DNA from: Leucoraja ocellata
Taxonomy: Eukaryota
Reading direction: 5' to 3'
Length of the DNA stretch: 64,000 bases
Assembly: GCA_036785375.1 (NCBI GenBank)
Contig: JAWMAR010000002.1
Location: 13,888,001-13,952,000 of the forward strand
Shown here: positions 12,086-24,417 of the stretch, piece after piece
How the letters are laid out: every line of letters starts with the position of its first letter
How positions within the stretch are numbered: position 1 is the stretch's first letter
The notes under the pieces: generated by a model
What the model was told of the DNA's origin: nothing
What the model saw: the letters and a program-made list of their open reading frames with translations, nothing else
Database searches by the model: none
Position numbers and translations under genes: made by a program

Positions 12086-13804
12086 TAATTATTATGGGCA
12101 CAATGGAACAAATACCCTCACTGTACAGTCTAGAATAAATGCTCAGTAAAAAGAGCACATTTAATAGATTATGATGTATTAAAGATGAGAAGTGCTTAAA
12201 TTCACCATGATATCCAAACTCTAATTGTAATAATATTTAGTTAAACATCTAAACATCTCTTGTTTAACAGGACTGCAGATTAATGGTTAGATTATTAACC
12301 AGCTAAATCTATGAACTAACTACAACTGCCAACTAGTATTTTTTTGCTTCCTGGCAATCCATCTCAGTTCAATAGCATTCTAACTATAGTTGTGCAGACA
12401 AACTATTACGTTGACAATGTTCCGTGTATTACTCAACCGGAGATCATTCAAATTATCTGTAACCTTAGATTGCTCTTGTATGTTCTTCCAATTCTTGGGT
12501 GTGGTTATTGGACAAAATAACTTTGAAGGAGACAGACATCAGTTGGGTCTATTTGGCGGGAGACATGTTGATGAACTAACCATTAACACCTGCCACCTCT
12601 GTAATCCTGTCACTCACGCCACATGTACAGTTTACATTGGCAAGTAAATACCTTTGTCACGCAGCCAAAGCCAGCATGTATAATCTTTCCTGAGGGAACA
12701 GGCTGATACCTTAGCATTGGCAAATTAAATTCACACAAGCCCCAAAAAACATCACCATCTTTCCGCCTGGCTGGGTAGCATGCAACAAAAGCTTTTCACT
12801 GTACCTCGGTACACGTGACAATAAACTAAACTGATAAGAGTTTAGTGTGCTGTTAATGAAACTCGGGACGTGCTGATAGAAAGGAACAGGTAAGAACCAG
12901 GCCCTTTGACCCACAAATATATTTGTTGCTTGTTTTTGAATTTCATAAAATCATGGCCCATAAATTCGGCCCATCAAGTCTACTCCACCAATCAATCATG
13001 GCTGATCTATCTCTCCCTCCTAACCCCATTCTCCTGCCTTCTCCCCACAACCTCTGTCACTCTAACTCAAATTAGTTGCTTTTTTCATGCAACTTGTAAT
13101 TTTTACAAAATTTTAAATAACTGGATGTTTTCTCATCACAAGATACAACTGTGGAAATTAATTTTAAAAAGAGGAAAATTAAAAAAAACTTGAGTCCTCA
13201 AGTTAGTTTTGTTGAATTAATAATGTATAAATAATTTGAATTTGGGTCAATTATATAAATAGTTAATTGCTTGGAAGTGATAACTCTCCTTACATATCTA
13301 CTGCACTTCCACCTGGCTTGAATGTAACCGCTTGTACATTCAGTATGTGTGTTCACCTTAAAGGATCTGATGTTCAAGAATTTACATGTGGAAAACAGGT
13401 TATAAAAACACTGTCTAGACATGTTGACTGAAACATTGTATTAAGCTCAGGAGGGGGCTTATCTGAATTATTAAGGTAGCTAACTAGATGCCTGTGCTAA
13501 TAAGGGTGGATCAGTGTCTATCTTTCTTTCCCATGCTTTTCTTAGAATGGAAGCCAAGCTTGGGCAGATCCATTCAACACACTGTCATTCGTTCCTTTGG
13601 ATCTGAACAGAAGTAAGTAACTTGAAGTTTCACATGGGCACAATATATAAATGGAGCAATGTGAATTGGATAGAATCCCAGTTAAATTCCTCCTCACGCC
13701 CCAGATGAAAGTCTTCTCTGAGCCTTTCTCCAATCTGCTTTGAATCATTTTCAGAAGCAATATTCAAAACAGTATATCAATGTTGAAGTTCATCAGCTTC
13801 TTTC

Positions 13805-13837
<33 letters not shown>

Positions 13838-13950
13838 TCTTTTATTGTCATTGCACGTCAGTGCAACGAGATTTAGTATGCAGCTCCAACCGATGAAAAA
13901 GAAAAGTAAAATAAATAAATAAGCTGTGCGTCGTGACCATACGACCATTC
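13805..13950 (-). mobile_element. Retroposon 3' end with (TTA)n tail
   Basis: (aat)n array at about 13806-13837 next to the reverse complement of tgacaataaaa. Confidence 0.55.
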
Positions 13951-13994
13951 TCTTACATGCCCAAATATAAAGTCAGCAACATCATTCGACTTGT

Positions 13995-14302
13995 TCTTGA
14001 GAGATACATGCAACAGGCCCTCAGCCCACCAAGTCCACACCAACCACTGATCACCACCTTACACTAGTTCTGTTACCTCACTTTCACATCTACTCCCTTC
14101 ACACTAGCGGCAATTTACAGAGGCCATTAAACTCCAAGCCCGGATGGTAATGGGTTGTGGGAGGAGCAACTGGAAGAGATCCACAAGGGTGCAGGGAGAA
14201 CGTGCAAACTGCACACTGTTAGCACCCAAGGTCACGATTGAACCTGAGTCTCTGGTGAACTGTGAGACAGCAGCTCTACCTGCTGTACCACTGTGCTGCC
14301 CC
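13995..14302 (-). mobile_element. Older V-SINE
   Basis: tRNA-like head at the 14302 end plus V-domain. Confidence 0.8.
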
Positions 14303-14469
14303 TAAAAATCATTTTGTTACCACCTCTTTCATAATATTCTTCTCATTTATAATGCCAGTTATATTGGCACATGATGCGTTCAATAAATCCGTGAAAGTCC
14401 ATGAAATGGTTGGATCTTTACTCCCAACCTAAATCTGATGTATATTCATGTCCCATCAGATAATGGTTT

Positions 14470-14825
14470 GGTAAGTTCATAAGGCATAGGAGCAGAAACC
14501 TTTGACACACTGCAAATCAAGAACCTGTCTATCTCCGCTTTAAAAATATTCAATGTCTGTGGCAATTAATTCCATAGATTCACCACCCTGCGACTAAAGA
14601 GATTCCTCTTCATCTTACTAAAGGCACATCATTTTATACTGAGGCTGCGCCCTCTGGCCCTAGACTCTCCCACTAGTAGAAATATCCTATCCACACCCAC
14701 TCTATCCAGGCCTTTCACTATTCGCTATTTCAATGAGCTTCCCCCTCATTCTTGTAAACTCCAGCGAGTACAGGGCCAGAGTTATCAAACACTCGTATGT
14801 CAAACCAATCTTCCCCAGGATCAGC
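14470..14825 (-). mobile_element. CR1 3' fragment
   Basis: Reverse complement of the CR1 C-terminal region (VGESRARG, NLFSRRVV). Confidence 0.8.
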
Positions 14826-17029
14826 TTTTGTGAGTTTTTGATGCATGGACACCGTCATATATGAGTTTAAAAACATGCACCTAAAATATCCAATGTGATC
14901 AAGATGGGATAAGTGGATGTTTCCTATTTATGCTAATGTGATAGCGTCAATGTTAAGATGATGTAGTTTAAAGAATATTTCCTGGAAATTCATCCCCGGT
15001 CAGTAACACTAAAGTAGTGATAGTGTCTTGTACTCTGAGGCAGAGGACAATTCACTATCACCACTATACAATCTGAGAGATGAATTTCTAGGCAACCGTG
15101 TTTACAGTAGAATAGAGTTCGATCAATCAGCTAGCTTCATGAATGGGAGTAAACACAGTTCAATTTCAGTTTAATTTGTTGCATGAATAGCTAAGCTTGT
15201 CACTAAAAAGTATTAAGATACTGATCATGTATCACGCATTATTTGGGCGAGGTATTTTAATTGATAACTTTAAAGAAGCACTATGCATTGACCATGACTC
15301 ATGTGTGCTAGAATTACTAACTCTGCAAATCTACGTTTGATAATCTGTTTTTGCTTTGATAAAAGAGACTTCTCTCGCAGTTGATGTGCTCTCATCTTTC
15401 ATTCGGAGACTAGCTGGGCAGCAGGTGATTTCCATCAGGCTCATCGTCAAAGGTGCTTTGTCAGTCCTTTGTGTTTTATGTTGCCAAGGAGGAGAAGGAA
15501 GAGCCAGTAAACTGGTGAGAGGTCTGTCAGCAACATTATGAGCAGCTGATGATGACTGACACAGTGAAAGTGATCTGTGTCGATGTAAAAATTGAACCCA
15601 CCTCTGATTTTCACAAACACCCCTGACAACATCAAAGTTGGAACATTTGTAAGTGGGAGATTATACTGACAATTCCAACAGTTTAACCATTTTGAGAAAC
15701 AAATGATCTGAGTACAATGCATGTGTTTTGTCCTGTTCCGGGCTGTTGCTCACGTGAACTTTATTTTAAAGGACTTCCTTGAAGGGAGAGCATTGTTCAC
15801 TGTGGTTGAACACTGTGAGAGTCCAACAATGCTATAATGACGGCAAATATGTTGGGGGAAGGTACTTCCATCACGAACCGTTAAGACACAAGATGACTTG
15901 TTCACATTCACATCTTGTAGATAAGCATGGAGGTTAATCAGGGAATTGGAAACATACTGGCAACCTCTCCACCTCTCCTCCCCGACCCCCCCACCCCCAA
16001 TCCATCCTAGCATCCCCCCACTCCTCCCAACATGACCAACCCACCAACCCATTCACCATCCACCCCAGATCAACACTGTGTTTCCTACTCCTTCCCCTGC
16101 CCTGAAACAACAAATTGGCAGAAAGCTAAAGAAAATGCTTGCCAACAGTAAACTTTCTTTTATTACATATATAAAATAAACCTTTTGTTGTGAAGTCTTT
16201 TGCAGAAAAAGTGATGATTTTGTCTTTGAATAAGTATTTGTTGAGCTCTGTTAGCTTCTAGCTTATTTGATTCTTCAACATGATCAATTGTTCTGCAGGC
16301 CAAATTTGCCTATAATACTTTACTAACTTTCCCTTGTCATTGCCCTTTAAATAAAAGTCGCCATTAATTCTTGAGTGAGTATGAACTTAGCTCCCATTAT
16401 CACTTGATACTTGAATGGAAAATTTCTCAGTATTCTGATTGCCCTCTTTATGATTTTGTCTTCGGTTCAACTCACATAAATAAAGTGTTAACCACCTTCT
16501 AATGTTTGCTGTAGTGACAGGTCAGTCAAAGTCTGTTAAGAAAATAAATATTTGCAACAAATGGCCATTAAAGCTGAAATACTTAAATGCTCACAGTGGA
16601 AGAAAACCAGATGGAATATATCCAACGGTACTCTAGGAAATAGGAGTAGCAGCAGAGGGAGCTGTAACAAATTAATTCTGCAACTAGCCGATTCTGACAG
16701 ACGAAAATAAAATTGGAAAATGCCAAAAGCTTTTAGCTTGATACTATAATAGGAGAAACATGGGACAATTCTTCTCCGCCATTATTCCGTTGCATTGAAA
16801 ACGATAATTGCTTGGAATAAATGACAGGATTCAAAGCTTTTTAATGGGAAATACTCGGGTGGGTTTAATTTGGAACAGGTTTCTCATGGACAGCTCTTCA
16901 AACACGATAGTTTTAAAGTAATTTGGCGCAAGAATAAACTCTTCGGCCCACCAAGTCCATGCTAAATGTCTAACAACCCATTTTCAGCAAATCTACATTA
17001 ATCCCATTTTATTCTCGCTAACTCAACTG

Positions 17030-17530
17030 TAATGTCCAGGTTCAGGAACAGCTTCTTCCTTACAGCCATCAGGCTATTAAACACAACAATCTCCAAATAA
17101 GCTCTGAAATACATTGACTTGGGCGGATCTGTTTTGTCTTTTTGCACTATTATTGTTTGTTTGTTTGTTTATATGTTTATGCTTATGTGTGTGAGTATAT
17201 GTGTGTGTATATTATATATACACAGTATATATATATTTTTCTCATATATATATGGGACTAGGGGAAAATAAATGTTCGGCACGGACTTGAAGGGCCGAGA
17301 TGGCCTGTTTCCATGCTGTAATTGTTATATGGTTATATATATACAAAAATATTTTTTTCTCATATATGTATATAAGAAAAAAAAGTTATATATATATCTT
17401 TTATAACAGTATATATATATACACTGAACGTTGTTTCCTCATTTATTATATTGTTTATAGACTATTATGTTTACATATATTGTTGTGCTGCTGCAAGTAA
17501 CAATTTCATTGTTCTGTCTGGAACATATTA
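17030..17530 (+). mobile_element. Rex1/Babar 3' end with a CR1 tail (about 17253-17340) inside its (TA)-rich UTR
   Basis: Encodes SRFRNSFFLTAIRLLN; embedded gggactag...gttatatggttata CR1 tail. Confidence 0.75.
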
Positions 17531-18293
17531 CCCTCGTGATTCTGTCTGGGACAAAACCTTCTTGATTTTTCACATTGACACCCTCTAGACTCACCTCTGC
17601 ACAAGGGGAGTTTACAGTTCCCATTCAACCTTCCACCCTGCAATTGTTTGGGGGTGTAAGGGGAAACTAGAGCACCTGGAGGAAACCTGCACAGTCACAG
17701 ACTTTTCTCTTACAGGGCATGGTGACTCATTATGAGCCGCAGGCAAGGAGAAGGCATACAGCAGCAACCAAAGGCGAGATTGGCAAACTTTTCAGCTTCA
17801 GGCAATTGAGAGGGATATGGACGTTGTGAGTTGGGGCAGCTCAGGTTTTTCAAGTAGCCAATTTTCATTCTCACATTCCAGTGTCTTTAGAGTTTCAGTC
17901 TTACTTGAACAAAATTTTGTTTCTTCAATTGGGTTACATCTAAAGTGAACATTTCGTAATCTATGCCCACACTTTGTGTCCTGGAATTAACTACTGCTTT
18001 CCAAAGTACGGCTAGTTTATAAGGCCATTGTGTCATAGAATCATCGTGGCACAGATGGAGTCCATTCAGTGAGTCCATATTGGCTTGTAGTAGCGACAGA
18101 GAGTTGGTCAAGTTCCCCAGAATTATCCCTGTGATTCTTTGAGTTTATTCCTTTCAAGTGGTCATCAAATTTTCTTTAAAATTATTGATGGTGTTTACTT
18201 CCACCATGCTCATGGGAAAGTTCTAGCTCATTATCACTTGTTGTGAACGAAAGTTCTTCCTCATTTTCTCCCCTTACCATTATCCAAAGCCTT

Positions 18294-18464
18294 AAAAAAG
18301 ACAAAAATGCTGAGGCAACTCAACTGAAGAGTCCGAAGAAGGTTCCTGACCCAAAATGTCACCTATCCATGTTCTTCAGAGATGCTGCCCGACCCGCTGA
18401 GTTACTCCAGCATTTGTGTGTTTTTTTTTCTCAACCAACATCTGCCGGTCCTTGTATCCACCCA
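18294..18464 (+). mobile_element. Penelope fold-back fragment
   Basis: Flanked by an aaagcctta direct repeat; hammerhead core decayed. Confidence 0.7.
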
Positions 18465-18612
18465 AAAGCCTTACATTTGTGTTTCTCAGGTCTTGTGCCA
18501 TCAGCTATTGGAAAGAACCTATCGTTCTCTACCTCAGCTTGCACATCTTTAATTTGCCTCCTTAGCTCTGAGGAGAAAATCCCCAGTTTCTTCAATCAAA
18601 CTTTAATGGTAA

Positions 18613-18898
18613 GGTTCCCACCACAAATTGGAGGAGCAGCACCTCATGTTTCGCTTGGGCAGTTTACACCCCAGCGGTATTAACATTGACCTCCAATTTC
18701 AGGTAGTCCTTGCTTTCTCCCTCCTTCCCCTCCCCTTCCCAGCTCTCCCACAGCTTACTGTCTCCGCATCTTCCTTTCTTCTTCCCGCCCCCCCCCATCT
18801 CCACATCAGTCTGAAGAAGGGTCTCAACCCGAAACTTCACCTATTCCTTGATATAGATGCAGCCTCACCCACTGAGTTTCTCCAGCATTTTTGTTTAC
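18613..18898 (+). mobile_element. Penelope-like element 3' end (GIY-YIG C-terminus plus pLTR)
   Basis: Encodes LEEQHLMFRLGSLHPSGINID, typical of the Penelope endonuclease end. pLTR contains ctgaagaagggtctcaacccgaaac. Degenerate TSD ctttaatggtaa / ctttaaaggcaa. Confidence 0.85.
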
Positions 18899-19444
18899 CT
18901 TTAAAGGCAAAAACACTCATTTTTGGAGCTTGGGCACTTTTCAATGACATTCACATCCTTTGTAAAGCATGGTAACCAAAAGTGAGCACAGTACTCTAAT
19001 TGTGGCGTATTATGCAAATGTTGTTATCCATGTTGACCATGACCCTCCTATTCAATCACTACAACTGTCCACCAAGTTTTTTGTGGTATTATGCCAAGCA
19101 TTCATGACATTCTCTTCATCAATTGGCACTTCAACAAAAAAAAATACTGTTTACAAATCCATACTAGTTCTTAACCTAGACCTGTACATGTGCCTAGATA
19201 TCCCCACTCCCTCTGATTATTGTTTCTCTAACCTTATAAGTAATTGATGTGAAACTAAAATATAAACAGAATATGCAGGAAAAACTCAACAGGTTAGGGA
19301 GCTTCTGAGGAAGGAGACACAGTTAACGTTTCTCGATCTACAGATATTCCTGACCTGCTGAGATTTTCCAACATATTTTGTTTTATTTCAAATTTCCAGC
19401 ATCTGCAGATTTTTTGGTTATTACATACAGGTGTTAAATTGACT

Positions 19445-19580
19445 GTGTAGGACTGAATTGCAGATACTGATTTATACCGAAGATAGACACAAAATGCTGG
19501 AATAACTCAGCAGGTCAAGCAGCATCCCTGGAGAAAAGGAATGGGTGACGTTTCGGGTTGGAACCCTTCTTCAGAAGACT
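19445..19580 (-). mobile_element. Penelope pLTR with intact hammerhead core
   Basis: Minus strand reads CTGAAGA aGGGTT cc AACCC GAAACGTC. Confidence 0.8.
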
Positions 19581-19624
19581 GCAGTTAGTAACTGGACTGG
19601 AATTACTTGGGCTGCCCATACAGT

Positions 19625-19775
19625 ACAGATATAGACAAACTCTTGATTAGAACGGGTGTCGAGGGTTGAGGGGAGAAGGCAGGAAATTGGGATTAGGAGG
19701 CAGAGATCAGCCACGATTGAACGGCGGAGTTGACTCGATGGACCAAATGGCCTAATTCTACCCCTATAACTTGTG
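19625..19775 (+). mobile_element. CR1 3' UTR
   Basis: gatcagccacgattgaacggcggag...aaatggcctaattct motif. Confidence 0.75.
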
Positions 19776-20363
19776 AATTTGTACACATTTACTTGAATAA
19801 GCATTTCACAGTTGTCACTTTCCAATTCTCTTTAAATTTATAAAACGTCCTTCTATTCTCTCCACCCCAAAATTTCCTCGCAACTTTGTATATTTCTGCA
19901 CAAACGTGGGCCAAAGGGCCGGTACTGTGCTGTATTGTTCTGTTCTGTTCTAATCTGGGATGCAAGCCAACCAGACGAGGTAACCCATCAAAGGTCAACC
20001 TTTACTGTACATCCGTTTTATCAATTATGCACTGTCCATTTACACCTACCATCTCCAATTCTACCAGTATTATGTACTTTAGTCTTGCAGCTCCAAGCAT
20101 GTAACATCTTATTTGTCCCTGATAACTTTTATCCAATAGGATATTTTATTGAAACAGTGAAATGAGGAGATCTGTTTTTAATCACCATAATTAACTTTGA
20201 GCAATTTAAAAGTGCAATGAAAATGAAAATGTGGAAATCCATAACCTGCTAGCAGAGATTTCCTCTGTAACAGGGTGCCCTGTTACAGACATAATTGATA
20301 AACTCTGCATTTAAATCCCTACAATTGTATCGATGTGTTATATTTGTCCAACATCTCCCCATT

Positions 20364-20555
20364 CTTCTTCTTTTCATGTCCATCTTGTTACAAATGTTGG
20401 CCTCGCTGTCATCGTCCATCCTGAAAAGGACGCAAGCTTCCGGCGACAATCAGTGGAAGCCACCACTTGCCACAATAGATGGTGGTGGTTGCAGAATTAG
20501 CTCAGGATACTTCCAGTTTCCAGTCCTGCGATGTGGGCGCTTCTGCTGTGGGGCC
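20364..20555 (-). mobile_element. Short non-autonomous retroposon, family A copy 1: HDV-like ribozyme head and (GAA)n tail (Ingi/Vingi-like)
   Basis: 11-bp TSD atctccccatt at 20353-20363 and 20556-20566. The minus strand starts GGCCCC and ends GATGGACATGAAAAGAAGAAG. Homologous end to end with 43452-43634. Confidence 0.9.
20491..20555 (-). ncRNA. HDV-like (CPEB3-like) ribozyme fold, partly decayed
   Basis: GGCCCC ACA GCAGAA GCG CCCACAU CGC AGGACU GG [19 nt] CUAA UUCUGC maps to P1-J1/2-P2-P3-L3-P3'-P1'-P1.1-P4-J4/2-P2'. P2 and P3 pair perfectly; P1 has 2 mismatches. Predicted catalytic C at 20500. Confidence 0.75.
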
Positions 20556-21262
20556 ATCTCCCCATTTAAAAAGGCTGAAACAAAATGTGTTTGGCATGTT
20601 CATGAGTAAGTGTACTTTTACTGGTATAACATATAATAGTTACAGCAGAACAGCTTTCATGGCCCTGAAAATATAATCTTGCATGTGGAATATCATTCCC
20701 TCAGAAGAAAATGAGTGGTGAAGATATTGAAAAAAAATCTCTGTATGTTTCTTGTATCTCTTTCTCAGCCATCTTTCTGATTTGGTTTTCATTTTTATGG
20801 TTATTATTTAAACCCAATTTATTTATTTTTCCTTCGTCCTTCCTACCTTGGAGCCAAGAGGATTTTTGGCATTGACTGATTAAGGACCCTTGCTGTTGTT
20901 TGGCCTTTGGAAGGCCTTTGGAAGGTACATCACGCTCCCAGTGAAAGAAAATCTCAATGCAAAAGCCAAACTTTGTAGATACTTTACAACAAAATGAGTA
21001 GCATTCACGACTCCTTCCCTGCTGATTGAAAAATCCAATAAATTGCACAAAAGCAGGCAAGATATTTGTGTGTTTTATACCTTCATCTATAACATTGATT
21101 GCAGTTTGCCCTGATGTTGCTGTAAAACCAATGATCTAATTTTTTAAGGAACTAAGCTGAGATACAGGGAACATAAAACAGTAAATGGTAGATTATGACA
21201 CATACACAGTGTATGTTGTTTTGATGCAAATTTTATTTATAATAAATTTCACCAAGTTTATC

Positions 21263-22341
21263 TATCTATATACTATTAAAAGTCTGATCTTGTGCGTTTG
21301 TATACGTGTGTGTGTGTGCCTGTTTCCGTATGTGTCTTCTACCTTCGTCAAAACGTTATGCACCACAGTTGAAATGTTTACAGATTATTACTCACATTAA
21401 CCCAGTCGACGCAATAAATAGGTTTCCTTCACATTTCATGCTATATTTCATGTTATTGACAATTCAAGTTGGACAAAAAAGGCAAAAAACGGTTCTCACA
21501 CAACCTTTTTCCAGGACTTTCCACTGATGATTTCACAATCCCACTCACAGTGCACCAATCACAATGGGCTCTCAAACTGCTGAGTGCGAACAATGACATC
21601 ACAATGGGATGTTGCCAACGGCAACCGCCTCTTCTCACAGACAGCCTTTTTTCCAGGAGCTTCCAGTGATGGCGGTCACGGTGGCACAGCGGTAGAGTTG
21701 CTGCCTTACAGCAAAATGTAGCACGAGAGACCCGGGTTCGATCCCGACTATGGGTGCTGTCTGTATGGAGTTTGTACGTTCTCCCCGTGATCTGCGTGGG
21801 TTTTCTCCGAGATCTTCGGTTTCCTCCCACACTCCAAAGACGTAAAGGTTGGTAGGTTAATTGGCTTGATAAAAATGTAAAATTGTCCAAGTTGGCGATA
21901 TGCAGAGTACTGCGCTGCCGACTACAAAATTCAGAAGGTTCAGAAGGTTTCGAAGATAATCACAATGGGCTCTCAAGCTGCCGAGCGCCGCACCCCCGCC
22001 CCTCCCCCCTCCCCCCGCCCGTTATTCACACACCCCACTCCATTCCCCCTTCATTATTCATACCCCCCCCCCGCCCCCTCCCCCCCAGGGTTATTCACAG
22101 CCCCTGCCCCCTCTTCTCCCAGGTTATTCATGATTAAAGTTTCAAAAAAAGCCAAAACAACCTTTTAAAACACCAGCTTCCAGTGATGTCACAATGCCAC
22201 TCCCCAACGGTACAATAAAACAGAATATTCCACCAACTTCCAGTGACATCAGGGGGAGGGCCTCATTTCAAAAACAGCTTCATCAGCTCCCCAATGCACA
22301 CCGTTGCAGGAGCAGACCCAATGGGTCTGCACATAGTCTAG
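21263..22341 (+). mobile_element. Non-autonomous Helitron containing a V-SINE at about 21670-21890
   Basis: 5' A|TCTCTATATACTATTAAAA; 3' hairpin gcagaccca-a-tgggtctgc followed by CTAG|T at 22338-22341. Confidence 0.85.
21670..21890 (+). mobile_element. HE1-like V-SINE
   Basis: A box tggcacagcgg, B box ggttcgatcc, V-domain. Confidence 0.9.
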
Positions 22342-23196
22342 TATATTACTAAAACTCACATCTTGTTTGTATGTATGCGTGCCTGTGCACGATATTCCAA
22401 AACCCCGCCAGAGTGGTACATGATAGTGCTACAATTTCTGGACCACCTTATTCACCATTGTCCTGGGATGTAAAATAAACACGTTTCGTTTGGATTGATG
22501 TTATATTTTACAAGTTATTGACATTTTAAACTTTACAAAAAACACTTTTTAAACCACTTTTCCACTTGCCCAGTCAAAACATCAGAATGATGTCACAATC
22601 TAATTTACATTAAAAAAATCGCGATTTAAAAAAAAAACAGTTTTAATCAAATTCTTCCGCTAACATGGTGTTTTGGTTATTTTAAAGAAAAAACACGATT
22701 TTCATTTTGGGGGGGGGGAGGGGTGGTGGGATAGGGGGATTTCATTTTTTTTAAATCGTGATTTTCATTGTGGGGGTTGGGATAAGGGGGATGGGAGGAG
22801 TGGGGAGCAGAGGATAGAGGGAGAGGAAGGGGGTAAGGAGGGTAGTGAGGGGAGGAGGGAGTTAGATGGAGATGAGGGCTGTGGGGTGGTGAGGAGGGAG
22901 AGCGGGGAAGCAGGGAGATAGAGGGGGTAGGGAGGGGAGAGGGGTTATGCTGGGCGGGAGTGACTGAGGGTAGGGGAAAGGAGAGGGAGGGAGAGGTGAG
23001 GGAGGGAATGGGGAGGGGAGGAGGAGAGGGGAAAGAAGAGGGTGGGTGAAGAGGAGGGAGAGGGAGTGCTGGAGGATGAGGGGGAATGGAGGAGGACAGG
23101 GGTAGGATTAGAGATTGCGAGGCGCAATTGGGGGAGATTTGCCGTGACTCGCGTCACAACGGGGATCTTTGGCATCACAATGGGGACTTGTCCTAG
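22342..23196 (+). mobile_element. Second non-autonomous Helitron, head-to-tail with the first
   Basis: Starts tatattactaaaactc...tcttg (Helitron 5' motif shared with 21263 and 44608) and ends CTAG|T at 23193-23196. The 3' hairpin is weak. Confidence 0.65.
22780..23105 (+). repeat. Polypurine (G/A-rich) low-complexity tract
   Basis: Many GGG/GGA runs. Confidence 0.9.
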
Positions 23197-23534
23197 TCTG
23201 GTAGCTACATAAATACATATTTTTGAAATTTTGAACAGTCTTGCAATTGCTTGCCTTACAATTAAATGAGTTTAAGACACTGCTACTGCTGCTGGAAGCT
23301 GTCAACAGTCATTGCCATTTAAACATCAGTCTGTGATTATATAGCTGATTATCACATTAGTGTATAGCTCTGATAGACAATGGAATGAGAGTACAAGTGC
23401 AAAGGAGCAGAAGAAATGTAGAGAGGCATGAGGTGAAAATATAAACAATATAAAGGAGATTCAACATGAAACCAAGTAAGTGAATTTATGGGATGGTATC
23501 ATGTTTTAAAATATTAATATTAGGAAAGTAGCCA

Positions 23535-23658
23535 GGGAAAAACTACATGGTCATGGGGAGAATGTACAAACTCCCTACAGAGGCACCTGTAGTCAGAATC
23601 GAACCCAGAGCTCTGGTGTTGTAAGGCAGCAACTCTACCACTGTGCCACCGTGCTGCC
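23535..23658 (-). mobile_element. HE1-like SINE 5' half
   Basis: tRNA-like head on the minus strand. Confidence 0.85.
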
Positions 23659-24042
23659 CAAACCGTGATTGTAAACAAATTTGTTTTTGGATTCCAATTG
23701 AAGTAAATATTTTATCCTGTGAATGTCGATCATGGCATTTTGAGGGTCCTGGGGGCAATAGAATGTTCTTTGCTTTATGTTGCGGTGATAAGCAAAAAGC
23801 AATAAGGCAAAAAATATTTAGCAATGATGCTGACGTTGATTTCATCAAACAATATTTCCCTTCCATTGCCCAACTAGTAACAATAGAAAGATAAATTTGA
23901 TTGAATTTATCAATTCCAAAAGTTGAGCATTTCTGTGCACCATTCCAGATGGACACCTCTGAATCTGCCATTTCTTCCCTTGTAGTATATGAAAATATAC
24001 ACAATTCAATACTCGGTGGAGAATGAACATTATTTTTTGTGC

Positions 24043-24417
24043 CAACGCTGGGTCTCATCGGAACTTCCTTTTCGGGGCTTTCGCAACGGCGACTTCTCCC
24101 GCCCGAGTTGCAGGGTTGAGGATGACCTGGAGAGGGCCTTACATCGCCCGGCGCGGCTTTAAATGGCCGCGGGACTTACTTACCATCGCCCGCCGGGGGC
24201 TTTGACTCTGACATCGGGAGGACAATGGGGAGTGCAGGGGAGAGATAAGACTTTGCCTTCCATCACAGTGAGGAGGAGATTCGCTGTGATGGATGTCTGT
24301 GTAAATTGTGTTGTGTCTTGGTTCTTCTACATGTGTATGACTGCAGAAACCAAATTTCGTTTGAACCTCAATGAGGTTCAAATGACAACAAATAAATTTT
24401 ATCATTGTATCATTGTA
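24043..24417 (+). mobile_element. GC-rich non-autonomous retroposon with conserved hairpin
   Basis: CpG-rich body, hairpin at 24259-24293, (tatcattg)n tail. Confidence 0.6.

Noticed and set aside
12618-12689. Minus-strand 72-nt candidate exon (cag...gtgagt; KIIHAGFGCVTKVFTCQCKLYMW)
   Set aside because: The pyrimidine tract is short, the peptide is unrecognised and no partner exons were found, so it cannot be distinguished from chance.
20295-20609. Similar ORFs at 20295-20609 and 43386-43814 (GGCRISSGYFQFP / GGSRISLGYFQFP) suggesting a duplicated exon
   Set aside because: Similarity stops exactly at TSD-bounded element ends, includes indels, and has no shared splice sites. It is the antisense reading of the ribozyme-headed retroposon.
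21670-21750. tRNA gene-like A and B boxes here and in about 20 similar places
   Set aside because: They continue into V-domain and CR1-like tails, so they are SINE heads rather than tRNA genes.
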